In this document: piece by piece, positions 41,197 to 54,613 of the stretch | Position numbering within the stretch: position 1 is the stretch's first letter | Layout: the number at the start of each line of letters is the position of its first letter | Source: Eledone cirrhosa | Taxonomy: Eukaryota | Direction of reading: 5' to 3' | NCBI GenBank assembly: GCA_964016885.1 | Contig: OZ024742.1 | Span: 118,730,001-118,794,000 of the forward strand | Length of the DNA stretch: 64,000 nucleotides | Translations under genes and position numbers: made by a program | The notes under the pieces: generated by a model | The model's database searches: none | What the model saw: only the letters and a program-made list of their open reading frames with translations | Told to the model about the DNA's origin: nothing

Positions 41197-42662
41197 ATCA
41201 TCATCATCATCATCATCATCATCATTTTACGTCTGCTTTTCCCTGCTTGCAAGGGTTGGACGGGTCCTATTCAGCACAGCATCTCTCCACTTGTCACGGT
41301 CCTTCGTCATCTCCTCGGTGAGCTGAAACTCACCGAGGAGATGACGAAGGACCTCTGCCCATGTTTTACGTGGTCTACCTCTTCTGCGTCTTCCTTCTAC
41401 TGGGATTTCTTGGCACTTTTTTACCCAGCGGCCATCCTCCATGCGCATCATATACCCATACCATCTCAGCCTTCTCTCCTGCACACCACGACTTATCCCT
41501 CTTATACCCAGTTTCTTTCTCAACTCGTTCATGCTTGGTCGTTCATGCACATTGACATTGCACATCCAACGGAGCATACTTGCTTCATTTCTCTCCAGCC
41601 GTCGCATATCCTCTGCAGTTGCCGCCCATGTCTCACTACCATGCAGCATCGTGTATCTCACACAGGCATCATATAACCGTCCTTTCGTACGCAGGGAGAA
41701 ACACTTCTTTGTCAACAAAGGAAGCAGCTCCCTAAACTTCTTCCAACCCGTCCTTGTTCTAGATACTATGGCCACGGATCCCCCCCCCCATGCTAATCTG
41801 ATCTCTTATGTACCGGAAGCTATCAACCACTTCTATAGAACCCACCTGCATTGGAAAAATATGTCTATCACTGCATTTAATACTGCCAACTTTCCCTGTA
41901 CACCTACTGCATACGTAGTTTTCCGTACCTGTTAGTTTGCCTGCTATCCCACTACATCTCTTGTGTACCCAAGATCTGCATTGCGTACATTTTATAGAAT
42001 TTATGCCAGTTCCTTTCCTACATATTGAACAAGGCCATTTCCCTGATGGAATCGGAGTATTGTCCTTTCTTCTACTTATCAACACTTTTGTCTTAGCTAT
42101 GTTCACCCTCAGTCCTCTTGATTCCAACTGCTGTTTCCATAGCCAGAATTTATTCTTTAGCTCCTCTACTGATTCTGCTATAAGAAACAGATCGTCAGCA
42201 TAGAGAAGTTCCCATGGGCATCCAGTTTTAAACTCCTCTGTTATGGCTTGGAGGACTATAATGAACAAGAGCGGGCTGGGAACCGAACCCTGATGTACAC
42301 CTACTTGTATCTGGAAATCCTCACTAAACTCCATACCTACTCTCACTTTACTGACAGCACCCCTGTACATAGCTTGCACTGCCCTCACAAGCCATTCCTC
42401 TACGCCTAGTTTCCTTAGGGACCACCAGATGACAGATCGGGGTACCATATCAAAGGCGTTCTCTAGGTCAATAAAAGCTAAGTATAGTGGCTTATTCTTC
42501 TCTAAGAACTTCTCTTGTAGTTGTCTCACTAAGAAGAGAGCAACTGTTGTACTTTTGCCAGGCACAAAACCAAACTGCATCTCATCTAATTTGACCCTTT
42601 CTCTAATCAGTTGCGCTAATATTCTCTGTGCCACTTTCATGACCTGATCCATCAGCTTTATG

Positions 42663-42667
<5 letters not shown>
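41197..42667 (-). mobile_element. 5'-truncated, relatively young RTE LINE
   Basis: ORFs 41759-42652 and 41227-41775 (one frameshift at a G run) with QFGFVPGKSTT, LYADD and RRLRWYG; (ATG)n tail; same family as 30957-32097. Confidence 0.93.
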
Positions 42668-42700
<33 letters not shown>

Positions 42701-42829
42701 GCATATAAAGACACACATATAAACTCATATATATGGGTGTGGGGGTGTGAGGGTGTATGTGTGTGTAAGTGTATATATCAGAGATTTAAATAAAAAAAAT
42801 TGAAGTGACAAGAAATGAAGATTTAAATG

Positions 42830-44120
42830 CTAAGTCTCCCAACAAAAGGTGTACTTACTGGAACAGTGGAATACCATGTCAGTGACCGAAATAGCGCGGG
42901 AAAATGTAGAGAAATGAGTCTAAAATTCGTGAGATAAAACAAAGAAAAAATGACATTCATAGAATTTATAAATACGTCGTCTGTAACGGTGAAAGTCGTT
43001 TGTCAGGTCCGTGATAAAGTATTTGTAAAGACAGAGAAAGTTTGAAATATATGGCAAAAGAACCAGACATGTCAACCTCTAAAAACTCAAACGGGGAGTA
43101 CCATGAAAAAAAGAGCCCCCAAATGGGGAGAAATAAGTCAAAATTGGAGATATTTTACATAATATAATTTTCATATAAGATAATTTTCACAAAAATGAGG
43201 AGACGGCGAGAAATGAGCCAAAACGGAGAGATCTTCTCGTCGGACAGGGAGAGTTGATAGGTCTGAAGAACATGATGCAGAAGCATCTCTTTGTTGGCAG
43301 AAACAGTTTGCATGGAAAGGCGCTAGATTATACGAACATTACAGTAAGGGTGTTGATCAGGACGTTAAGAAGTGGTTTAAAGGTAGCAAAGGATAACATT
43401 ACAACGTTATACAGCATTAAAGCTTCAAGATTACTTGAAAATCAACATTGGCTGATACAGAAGCAGCGTCAGGGTTCTCAGAATACCTAAAAATGAAAAA
43501 AAAAAAAAAAAAAAAATAGTCGACATAAAAAAAAAACTTTCCTCAAAAGTATGTCTTTCTTGAAGAAAATGACGAAGCTTACCTATCTATGCATTGGAGT
43601 GCCAGACTCCAGGATTTAAGGTTTGGAAAGATTATCTTATTCTGGTACTAAGTGGCGCCATAACAGATTATAAGATCAAGCCAGTTCTAGTGTACAGAGC
43701 AAAACTATCTCCGTCCCTTTAAAAACCAAAACAAAATCACGCTACCTGTGTTCTGGTAACACATGCGGAAGCTTGGGTCACGTCATTTTGTTCCTCAATT
43801 GGTTCCCCAACTTCTTAATACCTGAAGTGAAGAAATATCTCGAAAATGGAGCTGTCATTCAAAGTCCTTCTTAACATCGACAATATTCCTGGCCATACTA
43901 TATCTCTGAGGTGTGGAGATGAAAATATTGAAGTGATCCAGCACGTTACAACTATAGCCACTCAATCAAGACATCATGTAGTGTGTGAAAGTGACGTACA
44001 TCATCCTTATCATTGCCAACCCGAATTACTGCACAACTGCAGATGTAACTGAGTTCCTTATTGAGTCTATTGATGCTCGAAAGCCAGAAACAGTCAATAC
44101 CCGCTGGAATTCGTTATACA
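42830..44120 (+). mobile_element. Decayed Tigger/pogo transposase, interrupted by a MITE
   Basis: NESKIREIK HTH remnant, PGFKVWKD, IKPVLVYR, LPVFW...KAWVT-like segment and LSFKVLLNIDNIPGH. Confidence 0.75.
43064..43265. mobile_element. MITE with 6-bp TSD
   Basis: TIRs CAGACATGTCAAC / GTTGATAGGTCTG; exact AAGAAC duplication at 43058-43063 and 43266-43271. Confidence 0.75.
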
Positions 44121-44128
44121 GAGATAAG

Positions 44129-44345
44129 GGGGTGTATTGGCAGAGTTGTAAAAACGTCGGATAAAATGCTTTGCGGTATTTAGTTACAACTTCTACGCTC
44201 TGAGTTCAAATCCCACTAAGGTCAAACTTTGCTTTTCATCCTTTAGGAGTCGATAAGATAAAGTACCAATAAAGTACCAGGGTCGGTATAATCAACTTTC
44301 CCCTTACCCCCAAAATTGTTAGCCTTGTGCCCAAATTAGAAACCG
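44129..44345 (+). mobile_element. Nin/Deu-domain-type SINE
   Basis: GAGTTCAAATCCC B box, CTTTTCATCCTTTAGGAGTCGATAA core and GCCTTGTGCCCAAATTAGAAAC tail. Confidence 0.75.
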
Positions 44346-44559
44346 TTATTGATAGAGATAACACTATAACATGATTTTTGTCCTTGGGTAGCAACTGTTA
44401 TTTTCTATTTGCTTATGCCGAGAAAGTATGAAAAATGGCTGTTATTTCCTTAAAACTTTGCTTTTATGGCCATGATAATATTTCTAGATTTACCTAATAC
44501 CATTGGGAAAACTGCCAAATGTGAACATTCTCGTTCAAGCAAAGTTAGAATAAAATGAC

Positions 44560-45190
44560 ATGATTCAAAATCTAGCATTTATATATTCTAGGATTATACA
44601 AAAAACTTAGAAGTGAGCAGGTTTTGGGGATTTACGCTTAAGCTGAAAATTGCTTTCACGAATCAGCCCCCATATATAGTCTCCCATCATGTTTTCATTA
44701 TATGATCCTTGATAGCGAGGTTCAAAACCAAGTATATCCTGGTGGAAGCACTCGCATTGCTCTTCAGAGTATGCCCCCATGTTTCCTTTGAATTTATCAA
44801 GATGAACGTCAAGGATATGTACTTTGAGGGACAACTGCAACACATTTTCACCAGTGTTTCAACAAACTCCACATAATTTGTGATTCCCCCAGGAAGCCCC
44901 GAACCACTTCAACAAAACTGTTCCACGCTGCCTCATCTGTCCTAGTGAGCTTCTAGGGGAATACTTTGCACTCCACAATCTTCCTTATTTGTGGTCCAAC
45001 AAAGACACTGGCTTTCACTTTTGCCACAGACAACTTAGGGAAGAAGTCTCGAAGGTACTTGAGGCTGCCGACTCCTTATCTAGAGCTGTGACAAACTGTT
45101 TCATAAGGCATTAAGTGAAGCAGTGGGAACAATACCTTCCCGGGGTCAACCAGTGGCTGTCCAAGTCACAAAAGCAAATTTATAGGAGAA
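44560..45190 (-). mobile_element. Decayed Chapaev3-like (CMC) transposase C-terminus
   Basis: FPKLSVAKVKASVFVGPQI and SLKVHILDVHLDKF...YSEEQCECFHQDI...RYQG...MMGDYIW. Confidence 0.7.
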
Positions 45191-46804
45191 TAATAGTCTT
45201 TTCCTGTGGTTTCTAGGCAGAAGAAAGCAGGAAATAGCACTTATTGACCAAAGACAAAAAAAAAAAGTAAAATTACATAGTGTAATAAACTATTTCAAGG
45301 TTTTCCTTATAATCGATGGGGAAGTGCAGGAGGTTTTTCAGGTTTTCAGGGAAGTTGTCGGGGAAGATTTCTCTAACATGATCAATGAAGTACATTGAAA
45401 AGCACCGAGAAATCCTTTCTGACAAATATCTGGAACACCTGCTGAAGTTGTCGACAAAAGAAAGAAGAGGAAGAAATGGAGGCTGGCCCATCACTGTGGA
45501 GACTAGAAAAGTTCGCAGCAGTTTTCCACCGGGTCTCTGTTTTGAAGAATGTGATTAAGGAGTAAGACTCTTCGATGGGACGAAGCCTATATCACCAGTG
45601 CAATTACTGCAAAGCAGCTATTTATGAATATGTTAATTGCTAAGAAATCGGCAATTGTGAAGCCTACATTTCATCCACTCTCAAGAATCAATCTCCAGAC
45701 TACTCGACGTTATGTGTCCTCCAAACCATCCATGTACATCCACACTTTTATGTAAATGTCTTGAACATCTGCGCTTTCATTAGAATATTCTTTGGGGAAC
45801 TAATTGATTGCGTAAGATGCGAAGTTACTACACACACACACATACATATACACACACACTCACACAGACACACACACAGACACACACACTCACACTCACA
45901 CACACTCACACAGACACACACACAGACACACACACTCACACAGACACACACACTCACACAGACACACACACACTCACACAGTCACACATTATGCACATAC
46001 TAATTTGCCATCATCGTTTATTTGTTAATCTTTTTGCTTTCTTTGTCCAATTATTTCTTGCTTTGCTCGAATTTTCTAAGATGTTTTGATCGAATTTAGG
46101 GAGTCGACTTCAAATTACGTGACCGCTGGGGACAATTATGTCGTCTATATCACTTTCTCTAAATCTGCGAACTTTTGACACATCATCGTCGTTATTATTG
46201 TCACCGTCGTCATCGTGGTTGTCACCAGCATGATTATCACAATCACCATCATCATCACCATTATATTAGCCTCATAATCATCACCATCATCATTACCACC
46301 ACCACTACCACCATCATCATCATAATCAAGTCGCGGCATCATGGGACAAGTGTCTTCTAATATAACCTTGTTAGTGGAATCTGGTAGACGGAAACTGCAG
46401 AAGCCCGTCATATATATATATATATATATATATACATTTATTAAATAACGGATTAAAGTTTAAGCAAAGAATCGCTGCTTTCACCCTTAACGGGATCTTC
46501 TGAAACTAACAAAGTCAATCTGTAAACGCAGAACTGGATATTTCAAAAAACGTTGCAACCGGAGGAAGACAGGAAGACGATACTTTGGTTCGTGGTAACG
46601 TTCGCTGGCAAAGAACGGGAAAAAACGAATAATACGTCATTAATAGGAGCGGTGAAAAACAATTACGCGCAAAGACAGAACCACGTTTATGGTATATATA
46701 TATATTGAGAGTTACTAGTTTAAACAAGACCAGTGCAATGAGGAAGCGGTTGGTCAGTCAGGCCCCGGTATTTGACTATCTTCCTCTCCTCCGTATTGCG
46801 GGAG

Positions 46805-47265
46805 ACGGGGCCCGGTTTGTGGCCAAAATGACAAGGCTGGAGGCGGAGAACGAGCCGCTGCTCGTCGCGTCCCAAATTAGGGATTTACTCTACTTGGAAA
46901 GAAGAGGGTTAATCCGTCGGTGCGCTTGGTATCGCCACGGTCGATGCCAGCCGGCTCCATTTATGAAGGAAGACCGGCTGTGTTGAGGCTCCATCTGATG
47001 ATGTCGTTCCGAGCAGCGTAACGAGGGAGCCGGCCTACACTAGGGTGGCAAGATAGCGGGTGCAGACCGAACTCGCCGATCATTGCTTTATAACGGCATC
47101 CAACGGCATCTGTGTGGGTCGCACATGCCAGGGCGCTGTGCCACCCCGATACGTGTGCACTCCTCATCAAGAAGGGAATTGGTTGATGAGGAAAGCACCG
47201 AATGGAGCCAAGTATCACTATTTGGTTGAGAGGCGGAACGTAGGCAGGCGAGACGATGCTGGTCC
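46805..47265 (-). mobile_element. CRE-type retrotransposon fragment
   Basis: HPLSCHPSVGRLPRYAARNDIIRWSLNTAGLPS followed by EPAGIDRGDTKRTDGLTLF. Confidence 0.7.
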
Positions 47266-47407
47266 GAGGAAGTTTTTTTTTTTTCCATGAACGGATACAT
47301 AATAAACATACATATTAACACTAAAAAAATTATAACATACACAGACAAACCATACACATATCAGACAATGTTAATACAACCAGACACACATAATCTACTA
47401 TTGTACT

Positions 47408-47442
47408 CTCCCGATGAAGGACTAAGGTCCAATACGTTGGAC
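47408..47442 (+). ncRNA. Degenerate PLE-type hammerhead
   Basis: CCGATGAA-GGAC taag GTCC-AATACGTT; related to 41067-41102 but both core segments are mutated. Confidence 0.5.
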
Positions 47443-47544
47443 TTTTCTCTCTCTTTCATTCAAAGCATGAACTTAATAAGATTAATTGTTTTTGTATCTC
47501 TGTGTTTGCCATTTGTTGTTACATATTCATATATATTTCGTAGA

Positions 47545-47833
47545 CTCCCTTCGGTGACGAATGACCATGGTTTTTGCATCTAAAAAGTTCTCTTCCAAGG
47601 CACAAGTCTGTGCAAGGTGTGTTTGTGGAAGACCAATGCTGTCCAAAGGAAAGATAAAGTCCGATACAGCTTGGCACCAGTGACGTCGCAACTCATTTTT
47701 ACAGCTGAGTGGCTTGGAGTAACGTGAAATAAAGTGTTTTGTTCAAGAACACAACACACCGCCTGGTCCAGGATTCGAACTCACCACTTTACGATTGTGA
47801 GCTCAACACTCTAACCTCTAAGCCACGACCTTC
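47545..47833 (-). mobile_element. tRNA-derived SINE
   Basis: Aligns to the 7576-7952 subfamily. Confidence 0.8.
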
Positions 47834-48145
47834 ACACACACATATCTATATATAATTTAACGTCAATTTTTCGTTAGCAATATTTAATCGGAGCTACTGA
47901 CCTCACAGGCGGGCCAGAGATACACAGCTTACTAACATAGTTCTCATATTCGACAGAGACACCGTGTGCATTTTATTGTGACACCAGCATTATTGAGGTT
48001 GTCGTGACTGGAGAGTCCTCGCAACAATTCTTAGCATTGTTTCTAGTCACGTTGATACTACTTAAAGGAAACACGTGTTTATGGAGTCCCTTTCTCTCTC
48101 CCCTCTCGGACAATAAAATACAAATACAATAGAGACAGAGAGACA

Positions 48146-48232
<87 letters not shown>

Positions 48233-48235
48233 GTA

Positions 48236-48492
48236 CAGTGGAACCTCGGTTCGCGAACTTACTGCCTTCTTGAAAGCCGTTCGTCATCCGAAATGTTCGT
48301 AAACTGAAGCTATTTTTTCTCATGAAATGTTGAAGAATGCAGTGAGAGAGACAGACTGTGTGTGAAAGACAAATTAATATCACCATAGTAACTAACTACA
48401 CAGCAAATAACGCTTTCCCGCCGATACTCCCAACTTGTCGCCGGCTTGCGTGTTCGTTACTCGAGCCACTGTTCGTCAACCAAGACGTTATA
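48236..48492. mobile_element. Tigger-type MITE remnant
   Basis: TA|CAGTGGAACCTCGGTTCGCGAAC left end; decayed right end GTTCGTCAACCAAG. Confidence 0.45.
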
Positions 48493-48811
48493 GTAGGAAA
48501 AGTTGTCCGTGAACCGTGTCTTTGAGCATGACATGTTACTGTTACTACAGTCCACTCAACTCGCAAAAAAGAGTTGTACCTGTAATTCAAGGGATCAGCA
48601 TTGTCACATATTGTGTATTGTTGAATCTCCATTAAGGAGTACGTGTTTGTAGAATGCTCAGCCACTTATACGCTAACTCCACCAGCTGGCAGTTCCATTG
48701 ATTGAAGCAACTGGAGCACTCGTTGTGGGAAACGACAGTGGTCCAACACACAGTGTGGGTGTATGTGTAGACATATATGTATGTGTGTGTATATATATAT
48801 ATGTGTGTGTG

Positions 48812-51800
48812 TGTAGCGACGTGGTTGGTCAGTCTAGTCACTACTTCCGATCAGATCCGAGAATAGCCCTTAAAAGAACTGTTATCGCATACGGTCTGAT
48901 CGTATCTGAAGATAGCCCTTAAAAGAACTGTTGTCACATACGGTGAGGATGAACAGACGAAAGCACAATTTGAAAGGACGAGGCAAGGCGAGGGATGTAA
49001 ATTCGATCAGCTATTTATTTTCACATGAAGCGACGATACAAGGTACAAGGCGTGTGTGAGTGACAAAGCGTGGCAGAGGCGAGGAACAACGATACGCGGG
49101 TTGACTCTGCCAAATGTCGACTGGTGAAAGTGTTTTGGATCACTCTATTTATACAGAAATAATCGTTTGATGTTTAGCCGCTGTGTAGGCGTTTATTCTG
49201 ATGGTTTCTAAGTGTTTTGTTTCACGGTGAGGTAGCTAGCTAACAGATAGATGGAGCTGTATATTTCACATGTTATTTCCGGTGGCTGTACATTATCCCA
49301 CTGCCAGATCTTTTGTACAACAAAAAAGCGAAATATCGTATAGTAATGGGCCAGTGGTGCATTTGTCATGACAATAGCCCAAGGAGTGTCCAGCACCTTG
49401 TGAAATTTTGTGATCATCGAGTATAGGACAGAGTCGATGTAGAGATGATATGGCAAGATGTGTGTGTCAGGAAGAGAAAAAAAGAAATAAACTATAAAAT
49501 GATTTTGACCAGATTTATGCAGGCGTGATGAATGAGCCTGTTGCAATTTGGGTTGAGCTGCCTGTGAATTGCGTGACAAAATGTCTAACTGGGCAGTGAA
49601 GATAACCGTAATGTGTGAACTGAATGGCCGTAAGCATGCTGCCTAAAGGTAACAGCTTGCTCCACAGCATATGACTTGAGCGAATGCATGTGGTAAAAAA
49701 ATAGCGAGGCATTCTCGAGCTATTGAGTGAATGTGTACGTGAAAAAAGAAAGCCAGTGTTTTGAGGATGCGATTTGTGAAATGCGTGATCAAAGAGAAAA
49801 CATTTTGTAGTGTAAGAGTTAGAGGGACACAAATATCTATTGCTCCGTGTATGAACCAAAAGGTGAAACAAACGTGGTTTTGTAGTGTGCATGAAAAACA
49901 GAATATGTACACGCCTTGTATGTATATAAAAATTATGCAAATTACACAATCAATGTTACAGAACAAGAAAAATAAAAATTTTTGCAAAACAAGAGAGAGA
50001 AGAAAAAAAATGATATACACAATGTTTGTTCTTAAATAGTGTTTGTAATAGATAATGCTCATAATAAATAATGTTCTTCGTGACATGAGCACATGGTCAC
50101 TAAAAATTGCAATTGTTCAAGCAGAACGTTCATTGTATTTGAAACTGGAAATAGTAAACACAAGAAAAATGGAAATGTTTTGCACGAAGAATGATTAAGA
50201 AACTCACTTGAGGTTAATGGTAATTCACATATTGTGCCAACTTGGCGGGCCAATGGACGCGTCGTCCACTTCTCGTGACTGGAGATGAAACAGGTGGCTC
50301 GCTGGGACAGCAATCTGTTGGAGTTTCTGGTGTAGAGACTGTAACAGTATCCATGGTGGCTTTTTTTAATCTGTCTACGCTGACAGAATTCTGTTTACCA
50401 TCTAGATCGAGAATAAAATATTTCGGATATTTTTTTAGAACACGATAAGGGCCAGAATATGGAGGTCGAAGATGAGCTGAGATGGTGTCGTTTCGAACGA
50501 AAACGTGTGTCCAATCATCAATGTCTGAAGGTACGTGTGTGGCCGTGTTCTGTTGACGGGTGCTTGCCGGAGCAAGGTGAGACATATATTGTCGAAGACG
50601 GTGTACGTATGATCCTGGGTCTGGAACATCCTGAGGAGAGATGGGAGCAACCATCTGACCAGGTAGAACCAGGGTGGTGCCGTACACTAATTCTGCAGGT
50701 GTGTGTCCGAATTCCTCCTTAACGGTGGATCGAATGCCCAGAAGGATGAGTGGTAGGTATTCAAACCAGTGTGTCTTGTCTGGATATGCTTTTATTGCAG
50801 CTTTCAATTGGCGATGGAATCTTTCCACGAGACCATTAGCTTGCGGGTGATAAGCTGTCGTGCGGATGTTTACATCCTAACAGGCGAGTCAGTTCTCTGA
50901 AGAGGTGAGAGTCAAATTGGCGTCCTCTGTCCGTTGTTATCTTCGCTGGGGCGCCATAACGTAATACCCAGTGTAAAACCAAAGTTTTAGCGACTATTTC
51001 CGCTGAGGTATCATTTATGGGAAAAGCCTCAGGCCAACGAGAAAATCGATCTATGCAGGTGAGCAAGTGTGTGTAGTTCTGTGATGGTGGTAGAGGTCCG
51101 ACGATGTCGATATGCACATGATGAAAACGTGCATCAGGTTGCGCGAATGTGCCGAGTGGAGTTTTGATGTGTCCGTGGACTTTGGCTTTCTGGCAGGCAA
51201 TGCAGCTCCTGGACCAGTCGCGCACGTCCTTGTTAATGTTAGTCCACATAAAATGAGCAGAGATGAGTTTCTGTGTAGCCCGGATTCCCGGGTGCGACAA
51301 GCAGTGTAAAGCAGAAATAACTTGACGATGCATCTGTGGTACGTACGGTCGTTCATGACCGGTAGAAAAGTCGCACCAAATTTGTCCCGGAGAAGAAGGA
51401 ATGGGAACTTGCTGAAACTTGAGGGATGGCGAATCTCGGAGCTTGATAAACTCTTCGTCAGTCTCTTGGTCAGCTGCGATCTGTTGACAGTCGATGCCTG
51501 AATGCACATGTATTGTGTTCAGCTGGGTTCGGGACAGGGCGTCGGCTGCTACGTTGTCTGATCCCTTGATATGCCGAATATCAGTTGAATATTGGGAGAC
51601 AAAATCCAGGTGTCGGAGTTCTCTCGGTGAATGTCGATCAGGTTTGGTACGGAACGCATAAACTAGTGGTTTATGGTCCGTGTAGATCACGAAATCTGAT
51701 CCTTCGAGCAAGTGCCGAAAATGCTTAACCGAAAGATAGGTTGCCAAGAGTTCGCGGCCAAAGGTACTGTATTTCGTTTCTGCCGGTTGCAACCGCTTAG

Positions 51801-52770
51801 AAAAGAAGGATAAGGGGTTGCCACACGCCGTCGACATGTTGTTGTAAAATGCCTCCAACCCCCGTATCTGATGCGTCCACTATCAGCGAAAGAGGAGCGC
51901 CAGACCTGGGGAAAACGAGCATGGAGTGATCTCTTCGTTTTTGCGAGTCCGGTTACGAAGAAGGTCCGTGAGGAGTCTGGCTGCGTCGGAACAATGAGAG
52001 ATAAAACGCCTATAAAAAATCACCAGACCGAGGAATTCACGCAGTTTCCGAAGTGATGTAGGTGCGGGAAAACTGCGGATAGCTTCTACTTTCTCGGGAA
52101 GTGGACAAATGCCGTCTTTATCGATGATGTGCCCGAGAAAGGACAGTGAAGGAACGCCGAGAAGACACTTGTTGGGGTTGATGATGATACCGTACTCAGC
52201 GAAACGTTGGAAAAGGAGATCTAAGTGCTTCTCGTGTTCTTGCTCGGAAGTACTTGCTACCAGCACGTCGTCAATATACGCGTATACGAAGGGTAGATCG
52301 CGTAACACGGTGTCAATAAACCGCTGAAAAGTTTGTGCAGCGTTGCGCAGACCGAACGGCATTCGCAGGAATTCGAATAAACCGAACGGTGTTGTGATTG
52401 CGGTCTTCGGAATATCTGCAGGCTCCACAGGTATCTGGTTATATGCACGCACCAAATCTATCTTGGAAAAGATGCGTGCGCCTTGCAGAGAGGCAGAAAA
52501 AGCGTGCAGGTGAGGTACAGGGTAATTATCGGGCACTGTAGAATTGTTAAGTGCACGATAATCCCCACATGGTCGCCAATCATTCTCGGTTTTGTTAGGA
52601 ACAAGGTGTAGGGGTGCAGACCAGTTGCTGGAGGAAGGGCGAATGATTCCGAGGTCCAGCATGTGTTGGAAGTCCTGCTTGGCGATTCTCAATCGGTCTG
52701 GAGGCAGTCTCCTTGGTCGGGCAGCTGTGGGTGGTCCCCTTGTCTCGATGTGGTGCGTGACACTATGCTT
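48812..52770 (-). mobile_element. 5'-truncated Ty3/Gypsy LTR retrotransposon with 3' LTR (~48812-49292)
   Basis: RT ([16 protein letters not shown]), RNase H ([16 protein letters not shown]) and integrase (HPGI, CIAC, HIDIVGP, TTDRG, VERFHR) at 50214-52770, with frameshifts. The LTR has TG...CA ends, with TATAAA (~49150) then AATAAA (~49017) on the minus strand. Confidence 0.92.
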
Positions 52771-53188
52771 AATAGGACCATCCTTCTATTTCTAATTCTT
52801 CATTTATTATATATATCCTATTTGCAACAACACAGCTCGCCATTTTTCATTCATATATTTTTCATTCTTTCTAAGAGATTCACGAGCGAAAGGTCTGTTT
52901 TTCTGACTCGCTCATATATTCACACAGCTTATGCTGAAAGAATAACTATGTTGCTTGTGTTTATTTCCATCTTCGGTTAGCTTCCCCCTGTGTTGTTTAC
53001 TTGTCTCACTCGCTTTACGCGTTTCTATTGTCCTAATAACTTATTTTAGTTATTATCGCTCCAACGTGAGGTATATGATTTTTAATGCGATGAAATACCC
53101 ATGATCGTTTGGTAAATCACTGATGAGGGACTCATTTTATAACATGTTATCCATGTGCAACCAACAGTTTTCTTCTCACCCATATTTT

Positions 53189-53240
<52 letters not shown>

Positions 53241-53586
53241 AAGTATTTCCGTAGAAAAGGTAGTGGATATATATATAAATATAAATACATATATACATCC
53301 ATGAACGATGAATGTAAAATGAAACTATTGATCGAAGATTATATATATATATATATATATAAGTAGAAGTGGTATTTAATTTGTTGGAAGTCCGACAAAC
53401 ATAAATGTTTAAAACTGATTTAGAGCACTCAACAAATTACTGGAGTAATTATTCAATTATATTAAATAAATGGAAACTATATTTTATAAATATGGTTTTA
53501 TAAATATAGTTTCCATTTATTTAATATCATTGTATATATACGGAAAAAATGAAACGAAATTTCATTTCCCACTCTTAGTACGGCTG

Positions 53587-53663
<77 letters not shown>

Positions 53664-53688
53664 GATCAAAAGATGGTTAAAGGAGTTC

Positions 53689-53773
53689 CATGTATTTTAT
53701 TATGCGCATTTCAAAAACAAACATCATCATGCAATAATATTTGTGTTTTCATCAGATAAAACAGGAGAACATG
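53689..53773 (-). ncRNA. Type I hammerhead ribozyme (AUA site)
   Basis: Reverse complement of the 53866-53947 motif. Confidence 0.75.
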
Positions 53774-53865
53774 ATATGAAGGCTAAAAAACACTTGTGGA
53801 TAGTGCAGTTTTAAATCAACATATCCACAACTGCACTATCCACAAGTGTTTTTTAGCCTTCATAT

Positions 53866-53947
53866 CATGTTCTGTTTTATCTGATGAAAACACAAATATT
53901 ATTGCATGATGATGTTTGTTTTTGAAATGCGCATAATAAAATACATG
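53866..53947 (+). ncRNA. Type I hammerhead ribozyme (AUA site, long stem II)
   Basis: TTTTAT-CTGATGA(53881-53887)-AAAc ACAAATATTATT gcat GATGATGTTTGT tTTT-GAA-ATGCGCAT-A(53935)-ATAAAA. Confidence 0.78.
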
Positions 53948-54069
53948 GAACTCCTTTAACCATCTTTTGATCTTATATTATGTATACTCCAGTCCTACAA
54001 ACTGTAGAGTGCTTCTTATCCGATATCTGCATTGCTTTATTGTACTACAATAAAACTCACCTCCTACAT

Positions 54070-54097
<28 letters not shown>

Positions 54098-54100
<3 letters not shown>

Positions 54101-54613
54101 TTGTCCCCGGTATTCGTGGGTTAACGTTCCTAGAGTACCCGCGAAGAGTGAAAAACCGTGAATATTGGACGGGGTTTATAAGAATATAAGAATGCCTATA
54201 AACGTCAAAACGTAAAATATAGGCCGGCAAACACAGTATATTGTTATTAATAATTTAGCGTTAAAAAGCGTGAAAAAAATATATTTGTTTCTACTTTAGG
54301 CACAAGGCCAGCAATTAACCAGTTCATTACTGGTACTTTATTTTATCGACCCCGTAAGGATGAAAGGCAAAGTCACCTCGGCGGGATTTGAACTCAGATC
54401 GTAAACGGACATAACTATGCTGGAAAGCATGGCGTCCAACCCTCTACCGATACTGCCAATCCACCGTGAAAAAAGCGTGAAAAAAATATATTGCCACGAA
54501 AAAAGCTATAGAAAAATCGCGGAAGATATTTACGATCCCGCGAATAAGTATATTATTAGGTTCTAAGAAAAATTCCGCAAATAACAGGGACCGCGAATGC
54601 TAGGGGTACACTG
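54098..54613. mobile_element. Tigger/pogo-type MITE containing a SINE
   Basis: TA-flanked; imperfect TIRs CAGTTGTCCCCGGTATTCGTGG / CCGCGAATGCTAGGGGTACACTG. Confidence 0.65.
54286..54469 (-). mobile_element. Full-length Nin/Deu-domain-type SINE with 23-bp TSD
   Basis: AAAAAGCGTGAAAAAAATATATT at 54263-54285 and 54470-54492; A and B boxes on the minus strand. Confidence 0.88.

Larger units (their letters stand above)
53657..53979. repeat. Near-perfect inverted repeat, about 152-bp arms
   Basis: 53657-53810 versus 53829-53979; one 3-nt indel; 18-nt spacer; abuts (TA)n. Confidence 0.95.

Noticed and set aside
45290-45780. Possible P-element-like transposase remnant
   Set aside because: Only vague similarity; no continuous diagnostic motif.
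53115-53175. CTGATGAGGGA hammerhead-like start
   Set aside because: No GAAA or stem III downstream.
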